This document shows positions 20,342 to 29,256 of a DNA stretch of 64,000 nucleotides, in pieces (the first letter of the stretch is position 1; each line of letters begins with the position of its first letter). The position numbers and the translations under genes are program-made. The notes under the pieces were generated by a model. It ran no database searches, was not told where the DNA came from, and saw only the letters and a list, made by a program, of their open reading frames with translations. The DNA comes from an uncultured Anaerolineaceae bacterium (GTDB lineage: Bacteria > Chloroflexota > Limnocylindria > Limnocylindrales > CSP1-4): positions 23,318 to 87,317 of the forward strand of contig CAYMTJ010000003.1 of assembly GCA_964393345.1 (NCBI GenBank), written 5' to 3'.

Positions 20342-21604
20342 ATGGCCTTCTGGCGCCGGATCTGGCAGCGCGACGAGGGGCAGGGTCTGGCGGCGTGCAC
20401 GGCGCTTGACGTCGGCACGGAATTCGCGAAGGCGCTCGTCTTCGACATCGACAGCGCGGGTCACGGGACGGTCCGCGGGGTCGGACGGAAGCGCCAGGGC
20501 CTGTCGCACATGCAGTCGGGGACGGTCGCCGACATCGCCGCCGTCGTCGACAACTGCGCGGTCGCCCTCCAGGAAGCCGAGGAGATGGCGGGCTTTCGCC
20601 CGTCGCAGGTGGTCATCGGGATCGCGGGCGAACTGGTCAAGGGGTTCACCACGACGCATTCGCAGGAGCGCCGCAAGCCGGACCAGCCCATCACCGAGGC
20701 CGAACTCCAGAAGCTCATCGACAACGTGCAGCGCGAGGCGCTGCGCGAGGCGGAGCGCGCCATCACCTGGGAGACGGGCCTGCCCCAGGTGGACGTCCGC
20801 CTGGTCCACGCCGCCGTCACCGGCGCGGCCATCGACGGCTACGCCCTGACCAACCCGGTCGGGTTCCAGGGACGCCACGTCAAGATCGGGATCTTCAATG
20901 CCTTCGCGCCTCTCGTCCACCTCGGCGCGCTCCAGAGCGTGGCGAGCCAGCTGGATCTCGAGCTGCTCGAGATCGTCGCGGAGCCGTACGCGGTCGCGCG
21001 GGTCCTCGGCAGCGAGCACATCCGCCAGACCGGGGCGCTGTTCGTGGATGTGGGCGGCGGGACGACCGACGTCGCGCTGGTCCGCCATGGCGGGATCGAG
21101 GGCACCCGCATGTTCGCCCTCGGCGGTCGCGCGTTCACCAAGAGCCTCGCGGACCGGCTGGACCTGCCGTTCCCGCGGGCCGAAGCGCTCAAGGTGGATT
21201 ACGCCCGCGGCATCGACGTGGAGGGCCGCCCGGAGGTGGCCGCGATCGTCGGCGACGACGTCCGGGTGTGGGCGGCCGGGGTAGAACTGGTCATGGAGGA
21301 ACTGTCCGGCGGCGACCTGCTGCCGGGCCGGATCTTCCTGTGCGGTGGTGGCTCACGGTTGCCCGAGATCGGCGCCGCGCTCCGATCTGAGGCATTCTGG
21401 AAGGGCCTGCCGTTCGCCCGACCACCAGAGGTCACGGTGATGGCGCCCGACCAGATCGAGACGATCTCCGATGCCACGGCGCTGCTGGTCGACCAGCAGG
21501 ACGTGACGCCGCTGGGCCTCGCGTTCCAGGCCATCGAGCTTCAGACCACCGAGGACGCGCTCGATGCGGCGCTCCGGCGTGTCCTCAGGGCGATGAAGGT
21601 CTGA
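20342..21604 (+). CDS. Actin/Hsp70-fold ATPase, FtsA-like (FtsA/PilM family)
   Basis: Phosphate-1 ALDVGTEFAKALVF; SHS2/1C-like insert; adenosine/phosphate-2 LFVDVGGGTTDVALV; IVAEPYAVARVLG; C-terminal amphipathic LDAALRRVLRAMKV. Only 16 bp after the alaS stop. Confidence 0.65.
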   Translation: MAFWRRIWQRDEGQGLAACTALDVGTEFAKALVFDIDSAGHGTVRGVGRKRQGLSHMQSGTVADIAAVVDNCAVALQEAEEMAGFRPSQVVIGIAGELVKGFTTTHSQERRKPDQPITEAELQKLIDNVQREALREAERAITWETGLPQVDVRLVHAAVTGAAIDGYALTNPVGFQGRHVKIGIFNAFAPLVHLGALQSVASQLDLELLEIVAEPYAVARVLGSEHIRQTGALFVDVGGGTTDVALVRHGGIEGTRMFALGGRAFTKSLADRLDLPFPRAEALKVDYARGIDVEGRPEVAAIVGDDVRVWAAGVELVMEELSGGDLLPGRIFLCGGGSRLPEIGAALRSEAFWKGLPFARPPEVTVMAPDQIETISDATALLVDQQDVTPLGLAFQAIELQTTEDALDAALRRVLRAMKV

Positions 21605-21606
21605 CC

Positions 21607-23430
21607 GTGGGGACCGGCGTCATCTACCTCGATATCGACGACGAGATCACGTCGGCGGCGGCGCGCATCCGGGACGTGCCGGGCGGCCGCGTCGCGGTGG
21701 TCCTGCCGCAGGGGTCGCGGGTGGCGACGTCACGGATCAACTTCCGGCTCCTCGCCCGCGACGCCGGGATCCATGGCAAGCGGCTGTCGATCGTCGCCGG
21801 TGATGCGGCGACGCGGTCCCTCGCCGCATCGGCCGGCTTGGCCACGTTCAGCTCGGTCATGGAATACGAGGGCAGCCTCGAGCCCGGTGCGACCGACACG
21901 CCGGACGCCGAAGCCGGGGAGACCGCGCGCGTCCCGACCGCTCCCCGCCGGCGCCGGGGCGCGAAGGCCACCGACGTGTCGCCGCAGCAGGCGACGCTCG
22001 ACGAGATGGAGGCGGCCGAGTTGGCGGCCGCCGCGGCGGCGCTCGAACGCGAACGCGGCTGGGTCACCTCGGCGGCCGACCTGACCGCCCCGGCCGCCGC
22101 CGATCCCGCGGTCGCCCGCGAGACGCCGCGCGCCCGTCCCGCAGGGCCTGCGGCGACGCCGCCGTTCCCCGGCGCCCCGATCCGCGAGCCGGCCCGGAGC
22201 GGCGGCAACCGCGCGGCGTCGGCGGTGCGCGAGACGCCGACGCGCGCCCGCGGTGGCGCGCGCCTCGCGATCGCCCTCGTGACGGCGCTGGTCGTGCTGG
22301 TCGCCGGCGTCGGGACCTATCTGTTCCTGCCGGCAGCGACCATCGTCGTGACGCCGCGGGCCGACGCGGTCACGCCGGTCGCCCTGACGATCGCGGCGGA
22401 CCCCGCCGCGAGCGAACCGGACCCGGAGCGGGCGGTCGTGCCCGCGGAGATCGTGACCGTGGACGTCAGCGTCAGCGAGACGTTCCAGGCGACGGGCAAG
22501 CGGGTCGAGGCGACGAAGGCCACCGCGATCGTCCGGTTCCGCAACAAGGACTTCACGCGCTCGAACACCATCCCGGCCGGCAGCGTCGTGTCCACGAACA
22601 ACGGCATCCGATTCACCACGGACGCCACGATCGTCGTGCCCCGCGCGAACATCGTCGGCCTCCAGGTGTTCCCCAAGACCGCGACGGTCGCGGTCACCGC
22701 GGTCAAAGCCGGGCCGGAAGGCAACGTCGAGCCGAACACCATCGTCGTGATCCCCAAGGGTGAGGAGCCGATCTCGCTCGACGTCAACAACCCGGATGAA
22801 GGGAGCGGCGGGACACGCACCGAGTTCCCGAAGATCGCGCAGGAGGACATCGATGCGGCGCTGGCCGCCCTCCAGCCGGCATTGGAGACCGCCTTCCGGA
22901 CGCGTCTCGGCGACCCGACGATCGCGTCGCCGGGCGCCACGGTCTTCGCCGCCACCGCGGTCCTTGGCCTCGCGACGCCGTCCGTCGACACCGCGACGCT
23001 GCTGGACCAGGAGGTCCCCACCTTCGAACTCGGACTCAGCGCCACCGGGACCGCCACCGCCGTCGACGAGGGCCCGGTGGCCGAGGTCGCGGGCGCGCGC
23101 CTCGCGGGGACCATCGACGATGGTCACCGGCTCGTGGAGGGCTCGGTCAAGGTGGACGTCGACCCCGCGATCGTGTCGGGCGGTCGCGTGACGTTCCCGG
23201 TGACCGCGACGGCGAGCCAGGTCCCGATCCTGGACGCGGCGGCGCTCAAGGCCTCGATCCTGGGTCTCAGCCTCGCCGACGCGCGCGCGGCGCTCGAACC
23301 GTACGGCCGCGTCGAGCTCAGCGCCTGGCCCGACTGGGTCGGCTCCATCCCGACCATCGACGGCCGCGTCGACCTGCGGGTCTCGGGCGAAGTCCTCATC
23401 GACACGGCCGATCCGTCGGCACCGCCGTGA
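21607..23430 (+). CDS. Single-pass membrane protein: cytoplasmic N-domain, Pro/Ala-rich linker, 1 TM, extracytoplasmic beta-rich domain with a Baseplate_J-like block
   Basis: GTG 21607 is 2 bp after the FtsA-like stop. TM LAIALVTALVVLVAGVGTYLFL at about aa 215-237. Block TIPAGSVVSTNNGIRFTTDATIVV...VTAVKAGPEGNVEPNTIVVIP recalls the PF04865 signature (IPAGT-V-T--G--F-T...V-A---G--GNV). Stop overlaps the ruvX GTG start. Confidence 0.55.
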   Translation: MGTGVIYLDIDDEITSAAARIRDVPGGRVAVVLPQGSRVATSRINFRLLARDAGIHGKRLSIVAGDAATRSLAASAGLATFSSVMEYEGSLEPGATDTPDAEAGETARVPTAPRRRRGAKATDVSPQQATLDEMEAAELAAAAAALERERGWVTSAADLTAPAAADPAVARETPRARPAGPAATPPFPGAPIREPARSGGNRAASAVRETPTRARGGARLAIALVTALVVLVAGVGTYLFLPAATIVVTPRADAVTPVALTIAADPAASEPDPERAVVPAEIVTVDVSVSETFQATGKRVEATKATAIVRFRNKDFTRSNTIPAGSVVSTNNGIRFTTDATIVVPRANIVGLQVFPKTATVAVTAVKAGPEGNVEPNTIVVIPKGEEPISLDVNNPDEGSGGTRTEFPKIAQEDIDAALAALQPALETAFRTRLGDPTIASPGATVFAATAVLGLATPSVDTATLLDQEVPTFELGLSATGTATAVDEGPVAEVAGARLAGTIDDGHRLVEGSVKVDVDPAIVSGGRVTFPVTATASQVPILDAAALKASILGLSLADARAALEPYGRVELSAWPDWVGSIPTIDGRVDLRVSGEVLIDTADPSAPP

Positions 23431-23924
23431 GCACGATCCTCGGCCTGGACCTCGGGGAGCGGCGGGTCGGCGTCGCGATCGCCGACGACGAGGCGGGCGG
23501 CGCCCGACCCCTGACCACGCTGCGTCGGCGCCGGGCCGTCGGCGACGACGCCGCGGACCTCGCGATGCTCGTGGCGTCACATGATGTCGCGGCACTCGTC
23601 GTCGGCCTGCCGCTGGAGGCCTCCGGCGACGAGGGGACGCAGGCGGTCGTGACGAGGGCCTGGGGCGAAGCGGTAGCCGCGGTCCTGCGATTGCCGGTAA
23701 CCTTTTGTGACGAACGCCTGACCAGTCACCTCGCCGAGGAACGGCTGGGCCCGATGCCGCGTGGGCGTTCGGGCGGGCCGCCGTCGCGAACCCAGCGTGA
23801 TGCCTACCGCGCCCGTGTCGATCGCGAAGCGGCCGCGATCATCCTCCAGGACGCCTTGGACGCCCGTGCGGACGCCCGGTCGGCGGCGGCCGACGAACCC
23901 GACTCGATGGAGACGCACCGATGA
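23427..23924 (+). CDS. ruvX: Putative pre-16S rRNA nuclease / Holliday-junction resolvase-like YqgF (RuvX)
   Basis: ILGLDLGERRVGVAIADD N-terminus typical of YqgF/RuvC-like RNase H fold; conserved position upstream of mltG. Confidence 0.8.
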   Translation: MSTILGLDLGERRVGVAIADDEAGGARPLTTLRRRRAVGDDAADLAMLVASHDVAALVVGLPLEASGDEGTQAVVTRAWGEAVAAVLRLPVTFCDERLTSHLAEERLGPMPRGRSGGPPSRTQRDAYRARVDREAAAIILQDALDARADARSAAADEPDSMETHR

Positions 23925-25294
23925 GCCTCCGCTCCGGCGGACGACCCCGCGACGGCCGCGCGCCGCAGGCGCGCCCCTTCGATCCCGACGCGTACGCGAC
24001 GGCCGACCAGCCGCTGCTCGTCCCCGTGCGCCAGGGCGGTCGCGGGGGTCGCGGCGGAGGCAGCGGGATCGCCGGACTGCTGCGCTTCCTGATCTTCGCG
24101 CTGATCCTCGGGGGGATCGTCCTCGGCGTCCTCCTGACCGCCCTCCGCCCGCTGGTGGACAGCGCGATCCTCGGGTGGGCCCACGACAACCCCGCGGCGG
24201 CGATGAACATCGCGTTCGTGAAGGAGTTGGTGCGCGAGGATCTCGGGACCGCGCTGACCGACCCGGTCTCCGAGGACGACGCGCAGGCGGAGTTCGTCGT
24301 GGCCGCCGGCGACACCGCGTCGGCCATCGGGGCCCGGCTGGAGAACGAGGGGCTCATCCGCGACCAGCGCGCGTTCCTGTTCATCGCGCTCGACCGCGGA
24401 TTGACCGGCGACCTCCAGCAGGGGACGTTCCTGCTGCGCAAGAACATGACCCCCGACGAGGTCGTCACCGCGCTGCTTGACCCGCCCGCCATCCCGTACG
24501 TCGAGGTGGCCCTGCGCACCGGGCTCCGCCTGGAGCAGGTCACGGCGAAGCTCCAGACCCTGCCGCTCCAGCTGGATCCGCGCGAGTTCTACGACATCGC
24601 GATCGATCCGCCCAAGTCGCTGATCGACGACTACCCGTGGCTGCGCAAGATCCGCGCGGAGGGCGGCGCCGAAGGGGCGTCGCTGGAGGGGTTCCTGTGG
24701 CCCGCGGCCTACAAGGTCCTGCCGGACACGACGGCCGACGAGCTCATCCGGCTGATGCTCGACAACTTCATCGAGAACGTGGGGGAGGAGCGCCTCACGG
24801 TCCCCAAGGAGCGCGGTCTGACGTTCTACCAGGTGATCACCCTGGCCTCGATCGTCGAGCGCGAGGCCGTCCTCGACGAGGAACGGGCGCTCATCGCGGG
24901 GGTCTACCAGAACCGGCTCGACGGGCTGCCGGGGATCAAGAACAAGATCCTCAACGCCGACCCGACCGTCATCTGGCTTGACGACACGATGGAGCTCGCC
25001 AAGCTCGACTTCGAGACGTGGCAGCAGTACTCGTTCTGGTCGCCGCCGGACGTCCCGATGAAGGAGGTCGTGCCGACCGAGGGCCTCGAGGGCTACCAGA
25101 CGTACCTGTACCCGGGCCTGATCCCGGGGCCGATCGCGACGCCGACGCTGCCGTCCATCGACGCGGCACTCGAGCCCGACACCGCCGACAAGTTCCTGTA
25201 CTTCGTCGCGATCCCCGACGGCGACGGAAAGCACTCGTTCGCCAAGAACGCCAAGGAATTCGACGCGCTGCTCCGCGAGTACGGGTACCGGTGA
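23921..25294 (+). CDS. mltG: Endolytic murein transglycosylase MltG (YceG family)
   Basis: N-terminal TM after a Gly/Arg-rich tail; LysM-like and YceG catalytic blocks (LASIVEREA, GLPGIKNKILNADPTVIW, LYPGLIPGPIATP). Confidence 0.85.
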   Translation: MSLRSGGRPRDGRAPQARPFDPDAYATADQPLLVPVRQGGRGGRGGGSGIAGLLRFLIFALILGGIVLGVLLTALRPLVDSAILGWAHDNPAAAMNIAFVKELVREDLGTALTDPVSEDDAQAEFVVAAGDTASAIGARLENEGLIRDQRAFLFIALDRGLTGDLQQGTFLLRKNMTPDEVVTALLDPPAIPYVEVALRTGLRLEQVTAKLQTLPLQLDPREFYDIAIDPPKSLIDDYPWLRKIRAEGGAEGASLEGFLWPAAYKVLPDTTADELIRLMLDNFIENVGEERLTVPKERGLTFYQVITLASIVEREAVLDEERALIAGVYQNRLDGLPGIKNKILNADPTVIWLDDTMELAKLDFETWQQYSFWSPPDVPMKEVVPTEGLEGYQTYLYPGLIPGPIATPTLPSIDAALEPDTADKFLYFVAIPDGDGKHSFAKNAKEFDALLREYGYR

Positions 25295-26508
25295 GCGAGG
25301 CCTGGCCGGCGCCGGCGTCGTTCGCCGAGCCGCCATCCGGGGCGACCCGCGCTCGGTGGGCCGCCGCCGACCGGGCCGCCCGTCCCGACCGGATCGCACG
25401 ACTGCGGGCGCGATTCGAGGCCGCCGGCGTCGACGCCTACTTCGGCGTTCGCCCGGAGCACATGCGCTATCTGACCGGGTTCACCCTCGCGGCCGGGGAG
25501 GAGAAGGTGGCCGGCTCGTCCGGCCAGTTCCTGGTAGCCGGTGACGAGGTCGTGGTCCTGGCCGATTCGCGGTATACGATCCAGGTGCGCCGGGAAGCCC
25601 CAGATGCCCGGCTGTTCGAGTCCTATCACGACCTCCCGACGCGCTGGCCCTCCCTCCTGGCGTCGGCCGGGGTGCGGCGGGTCGCGATCGAGGCAGGGTT
25701 CGTCGCCCAGGCGATGTGGACCAGGCTCGCGGCGGCCGCACCCGAGGTCGAACTCATCCCCGTCGAGGGCTGGGTGGAGTCCGATCGGGCGACGAAGGAG
25801 CCGGCCGAGCTCGAGCGGATCGCGGCCGCATGCGCCGTCGCGGACCGCGCCCTCGCGAACCTCCTGCCCGAGATCCGCCCCGGCGTGACCGAGGCGGCGT
25901 TGGCGATGCGGCTCGAATGGTTGATGCGGACCTCCGGCGCGGAAGCGCTGGCCTTCGACGTGGCCTGCCTCGCGGGACCCGAGGCCGCACTCCCGCACGG
26001 CGCGCCCGGCGAGCGGCCGATCCTCGATCGCGCGGTGCTCCTGTTCGACTTCGGCGCGCAGGTCGACGGCTATCGAAGCGACATGACCCGCACGCTGTTC
26101 GTCGGCGAGCCGACGGAGCGAGATCTCGCGATCTACGATCTGGTGGCTCGGGCGCAGGCAGCCGCGATCGAGGCCGTCACCGCCGCCGTGTCGGACGGCC
26201 GATCCCCGGCCGGTCGGGCGATGGATGCGGTCGCACGTGACGTCATCGCGGCGGCTGGCCACGGCGACCACTTCGGCCATGGGCTGGGCCATGGGATCGG
26301 GCTGGCCACGCACGAGGCGCCCAGCCTGAGCCGGACCGCGTCCGACGACCCGATGCCGAGCCCGACCGTGTTCAGCGTGGAGCCGGGGATCTATCTCGAC
26401 GGCGAGACCGGCGTCCGGATCGAGGACCTGGTGTCGATCGACGTGGCGGGTCGGTCGGTGGCCACCCTGACGCACTTCCCACGCTCCGTGACGGTCGTCG
26501 GTGGCTGA
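25291..26508 (+). CDS. Xaa-Pro aminopeptidase / M24 family metallopeptidase
   Basis: GTG 25291 overlaps the mltG stop. Creatinase_N-like N-domain; M24 metal ligands (DFGAQVDGYRSDMTRT; HGLGHGIGL; EPGIY; IEDLV). Confidence 0.8.
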   Translation: MSEAWPAPASFAEPPSGATRARWAAADRAARPDRIARLRARFEAAGVDAYFGVRPEHMRYLTGFTLAAGEEKVAGSSGQFLVAGDEVVVLADSRYTIQVRREAPDARLFESYHDLPTRWPSLLASAGVRRVAIEAGFVAQAMWTRLAAAAPEVELIPVEGWVESDRATKEPAELERIAAACAVADRALANLLPEIRPGVTEAALAMRLEWLMRTSGAEALAFDVACLAGPEAALPHGAPGERPILDRAVLLFDFGAQVDGYRSDMTRTLFVGEPTERDLAIYDLVARAQAAAIEAVTAAVSDGRSPAGRAMDAVARDVIAAAGHGDHFGHGLGHGIGLATHEAPSLSRTASDDPMPSPTVFSVEPGIYLDGETGVRIEDLVSIDVAGRSVATLTHFPRSVTVVGG

Positions 26509-26541
26509 CGAACCGTTCCTGGGCGCGTAGGCTGCGCGACG

Positions 26542-26769
26542 ATGGATCTCGACCTGTTCGCGTTCCTCGGACCGCTCATGGTCCTCGGGTTCGCGGTCCC
26601 GCTCGTGACCACCGGCCTGATCGTCGGGGTCATCATCTGGGCGATCCGGCGCACGGTCCCGCGCGGCGAGGACCCCGCGATCGCGGAACTCAAGCGCCGT
26701 CTGGCGACGGGCGAGATCGACCCGACCGAGTACCAGGTCAGGCTCCGCGCGCTCCAGCGCCGCGACTGA
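26542..26769 (+). CDS. SHOCT-domain small membrane protein
   Basis: N-terminal TM helix; C-terminal LKRRLATGEIDPTEYQVRLRAL matches the SHOCT motif. Confidence 0.55.
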   Translation: MDLDLFAFLGPLMVLGFAVPLVTTGLIVGVIIWAIRRTVPRGEDPAIAELKRRLATGEIDPTEYQVRLRALQRRD

Positions 26770-26887
26770 CCAGTCCTCCGGCATGCCGGCCCCACCGGAA
26801 CCGTCTGGTACGATCGCGCCGGCATCACCCTGACCGATCGATCGGCGTCGCCATGTCCGGCGATCGCCCCCCAGGAGCCTCCCCGAC

Positions 26888-27445
26888 ATGATCAGCACCG
26901 GCGAACTCAAGAAGGGCGTCGCCATCGAACTCGATGGCGAGCTCTGGCAGATCCTCGACTACCACCACATCAAGATGGGTCGTGGCTCCGCTCAGGTCCG
27001 GATCACCCTGCGCAACATCAAGCGCGGCCAGACCGTGGACCGGTCGTTCCAGGCCGGGACGAAGTGGCCGCGCGCCTCGATGGAGAAGCGTCCGGTCCAG
27101 TTCCTCTATCGCGACGACGCCGACTTCCACTTCATGGACACGGACAACTACGACCAGTTCGTGATGACGGCCGAGCAACTCGGCGAGACCGCCCGCTACC
27201 TCAAGGACGGGATGATGCTCGATCGCACGAGCTACCAGGGCGAGACGATCGGCGTGGAGTTGCCGATCACCGTGGACCTCGTGGTCGCCGACACCGAACC
27301 CGGGTTCGCCGGGGACACGCAGACCGGCGCCCGCAAGAACGCGACGACCGAGACCGGGCTCGTCGTGGTCGTCCCGATCTTCGTCGAGACCGGTGACACG
27401 ATCCGCGTCGACACCCGAACCGGCGAATACCAGACCCGCGTCTGA
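26888..27445 (+). CDS. efp: Elongation factor P
   Basis: MISTGELKKGVAIELDGELWQILDYHHIKMGRGSAQVR... canonical EF-P, 185 aa. Confidence 0.9.
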   Translation: MISTGELKKGVAIELDGELWQILDYHHIKMGRGSAQVRITLRNIKRGQTVDRSFQAGTKWPRASMEKRPVQFLYRDDADFHFMDTDNYDQFVMTAEQLGETARYLKDGMMLDRTSYQGETIGVELPITVDLVVADTEPGFAGDTQTGARKNATTETGLVVVVPIFVETGDTIRVDTRTGEYQTRV

Positions 27446-27446
27446 G

Positions 27447-28775
27447 ATGACGAACCCGGCGCCCGGCGCGTTCGGGGTCCGGATCCTCGGGGTCTCGGAG
27501 GTCGCGCGCACGATCCGCGCCGCCGTTCGCGAGGACCCTCGCCTCGGGGACCTGTGGGTCGAGGGGGAGATCGGGCGCGTGACGGTGTCCTCGGCCGGAC
27601 ACGCCTACTTCACCCTCAAGGACGAGCGCAGCCAGCTCCAGTGCGTCTGGTTCCGCGACGACCGGCTGCGCTCCGCGTTCGAGGCCCGTGCTGGGATCCA
27701 GGTGGTCGCCCACGGCCGGGTGGACCTGTTCGAGCCACAGGGTGCGCTCCAGCTCTACGTGGAGTCCCTCCAGCCGGCCGGAGTGGGGGACCTCGCCCTG
27801 CGCTTCGAGGAGCTCAAGGCGCGCCTGGCGGCCGAGGGCCTGTTCGATGCGGCGCGCAAGCGGCCGCTGCCGACGCGACCGACGACGATCGCCGTCGTCA
27901 CGAGTCCCACCGGCGCCGTCTGGAAGGACATCGCCACCGTCCTCGCCCGCCGCTGGCCGTTGGCGCGCGTCGTCCTCGTCGGGGCGCAGGTCCAGGGCGC
28001 GGACGCTCCCGCGAGCATCGTGAGCGCGTTCCGCCGCCTCGAGCGCTATCGCGACGAGGTGGTCCGGGACGGCCGGGCTGGGGATGCCCCGCAGGTGACC
28101 ATCCTCGCCCGGGGCGGCGGTTCGCTCGAGGACCTCTGGTCGTTCAATGACGAGAAGGTCGTGCGCGCCGTCGTGGCGCACCCGCTGCCCGTGGTGTGCG
28201 GCGTGGGTCACGAGGTGGACGTCACGCTCGCGGACTTCGCCGCCGATGTCCGTGCGGCGACCCCGTCGGCGGCCGCGGAGCTCGTCGTCCCCGATCGCGC
28301 GGAGATGGCCGGTGCCCTGCGCCGTGCCGGGAACCGCCTGACGACCGCGACCACCGGGCGGCTCGCGGCCGCCTCCAGGGACCTGGCCGTGGAGCGACGG
28401 GCGCTCGATCGACTGGCACCGGCGGCGCAGCTGGCCGCGGCCCGCGAACGCGCCGGGTTGCTCCTCGACCGGGCGACGCGCGCGATCGTCGCTCGCCTGA
28501 CCGATGCCCGGACACGGGCGACGCGCGGGGCCGTCCTGCCCGGTCTGGCCGCCCGCCGGCTGGCCGTGGCTCGGTCGTCGCTCGACGCCGCCTCGTCGGC
28601 CCTGGGCGTTCTCGGGCCACAGGCCACGCTCGATCGTGGGTACGCGATCGTCCGACGCGCCGAGGACGACGTCGTCGTGCGCGACCCGCTGGCCGCCGTG
28701 CCGGGGACCCGCCTGCGGCTACGCGTCGCGCGCGGCGAGATCCCGGCGACCGCGGACCCGCGACCGGATGCCTGA
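27447..28775 (+). CDS. xseA: Exodeoxyribonuclease VII large subunit
   Basis: ATG 27447 is 2 bp after the efp stop. OB-fold N-domain (GDLWVEGEIGRVTVSSAGHAYFTLKDE), catalytic domain (VTSPTGAVWKDI, ARGGGSLEDLW), coiled-coil C-terminus. Confidence 0.85.
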   Translation: MTNPAPGAFGVRILGVSEVARTIRAAVREDPRLGDLWVEGEIGRVTVSSAGHAYFTLKDERSQLQCVWFRDDRLRSAFEARAGIQVVAHGRVDLFEPQGALQLYVESLQPAGVGDLALRFEELKARLAAEGLFDAARKRPLPTRPTTIAVVTSPTGAVWKDIATVLARRWPLARVVLVGAQVQGADAPASIVSAFRRLERYRDEVVRDGRAGDAPQVTILARGGGSLEDLWSFNDEKVVRAVVAHPLPVVCGVGHEVDVTLADFAADVRAATPSAAAELVVPDRAEMAGALRRAGNRLTTATTGRLAAASRDLAVERRALDRLAPAAQLAAARERAGLLLDRATRAIVARLTDARTRATRGAVLPGLAARRLAVARSSLDAASSALGVLGPQATLDRGYAIVRRAEDDVVVRDPLAAVPGTRLRLRVARGEIPATADPRPDA

Positions 28776-28944
28776 CGTGCTCGTCTACGCGCTGCTCGTC
28801 GCGGTCATCGGCGTGGCCGGGATCCGGCTGGGTATGCTGATGGCGCCGCGGGTCGGCCGGGTCGCCGACCGGATCGATGCGGATCCCGTCGAACCCGATG
28901 ACCCCGTCGCCGAGCGGGCGACCAGCGAGGACCAAGCGCCGTGA
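28768..28944 (+). CDS. Small hypothetical membrane protein between xseA and xseB
   Basis: ATG 28768 overlaps the xseA stop and its stop overlaps the xseB GTG start. MPDVLVYALLVAVIGVAGIRLGMLMAP TM helix then acidic tail; 58 aa. Confidence 0.4.
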   Translation: MPDVLVYALLVAVIGVAGIRLGMLMAPRVGRVADRIDADPVEPDDPVAERATSEDQAP

Positions 28945-29210
28945 CGAACCCCGAGCCCGCCATCGATACGCTCTCGTTCGACGCCGCGCTCGCCGAACTC
29001 CAGCGCACGGTTGCTGAGCTGGAGGCCGGCGGCCAGCCGCTCGAGGCGTCCATCGCCCTGTACGAGCGCGGGGTCGCCCTCCAGGCGCGCTGCGATCGGC
29101 TGCTCAGCGAGGCGCAGTTGCGCGTCGAGCAACTCGTCCAGAAGGCCGGTGGCGCGCTCGAGGCTCGGCTCGTGCGTCCGGAGGATGCCGTCGACGAGCC
29201 CGGCGGCTGA
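28941..29210 (+). CDS. xseB: Exodeoxyribonuclease VII small subunit
   Basis: DTLSFDAALAELQRTVAELEAGGQPLEASIALYERGVAL typical of XseB; 89 aa. Confidence 0.85.
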   Translation: MTNPEPAIDTLSFDAALAELQRTVAELEAGGQPLEASIALYERGVALQARCDRLLSEAQLRVEQLVQKAGGALEARLVRPEDAVDEPGG

Positions 29211-29256
29211 CGGGTGGGGACCTGACGGGAAACGCCCGCTGGCTTCGACGCCGACG

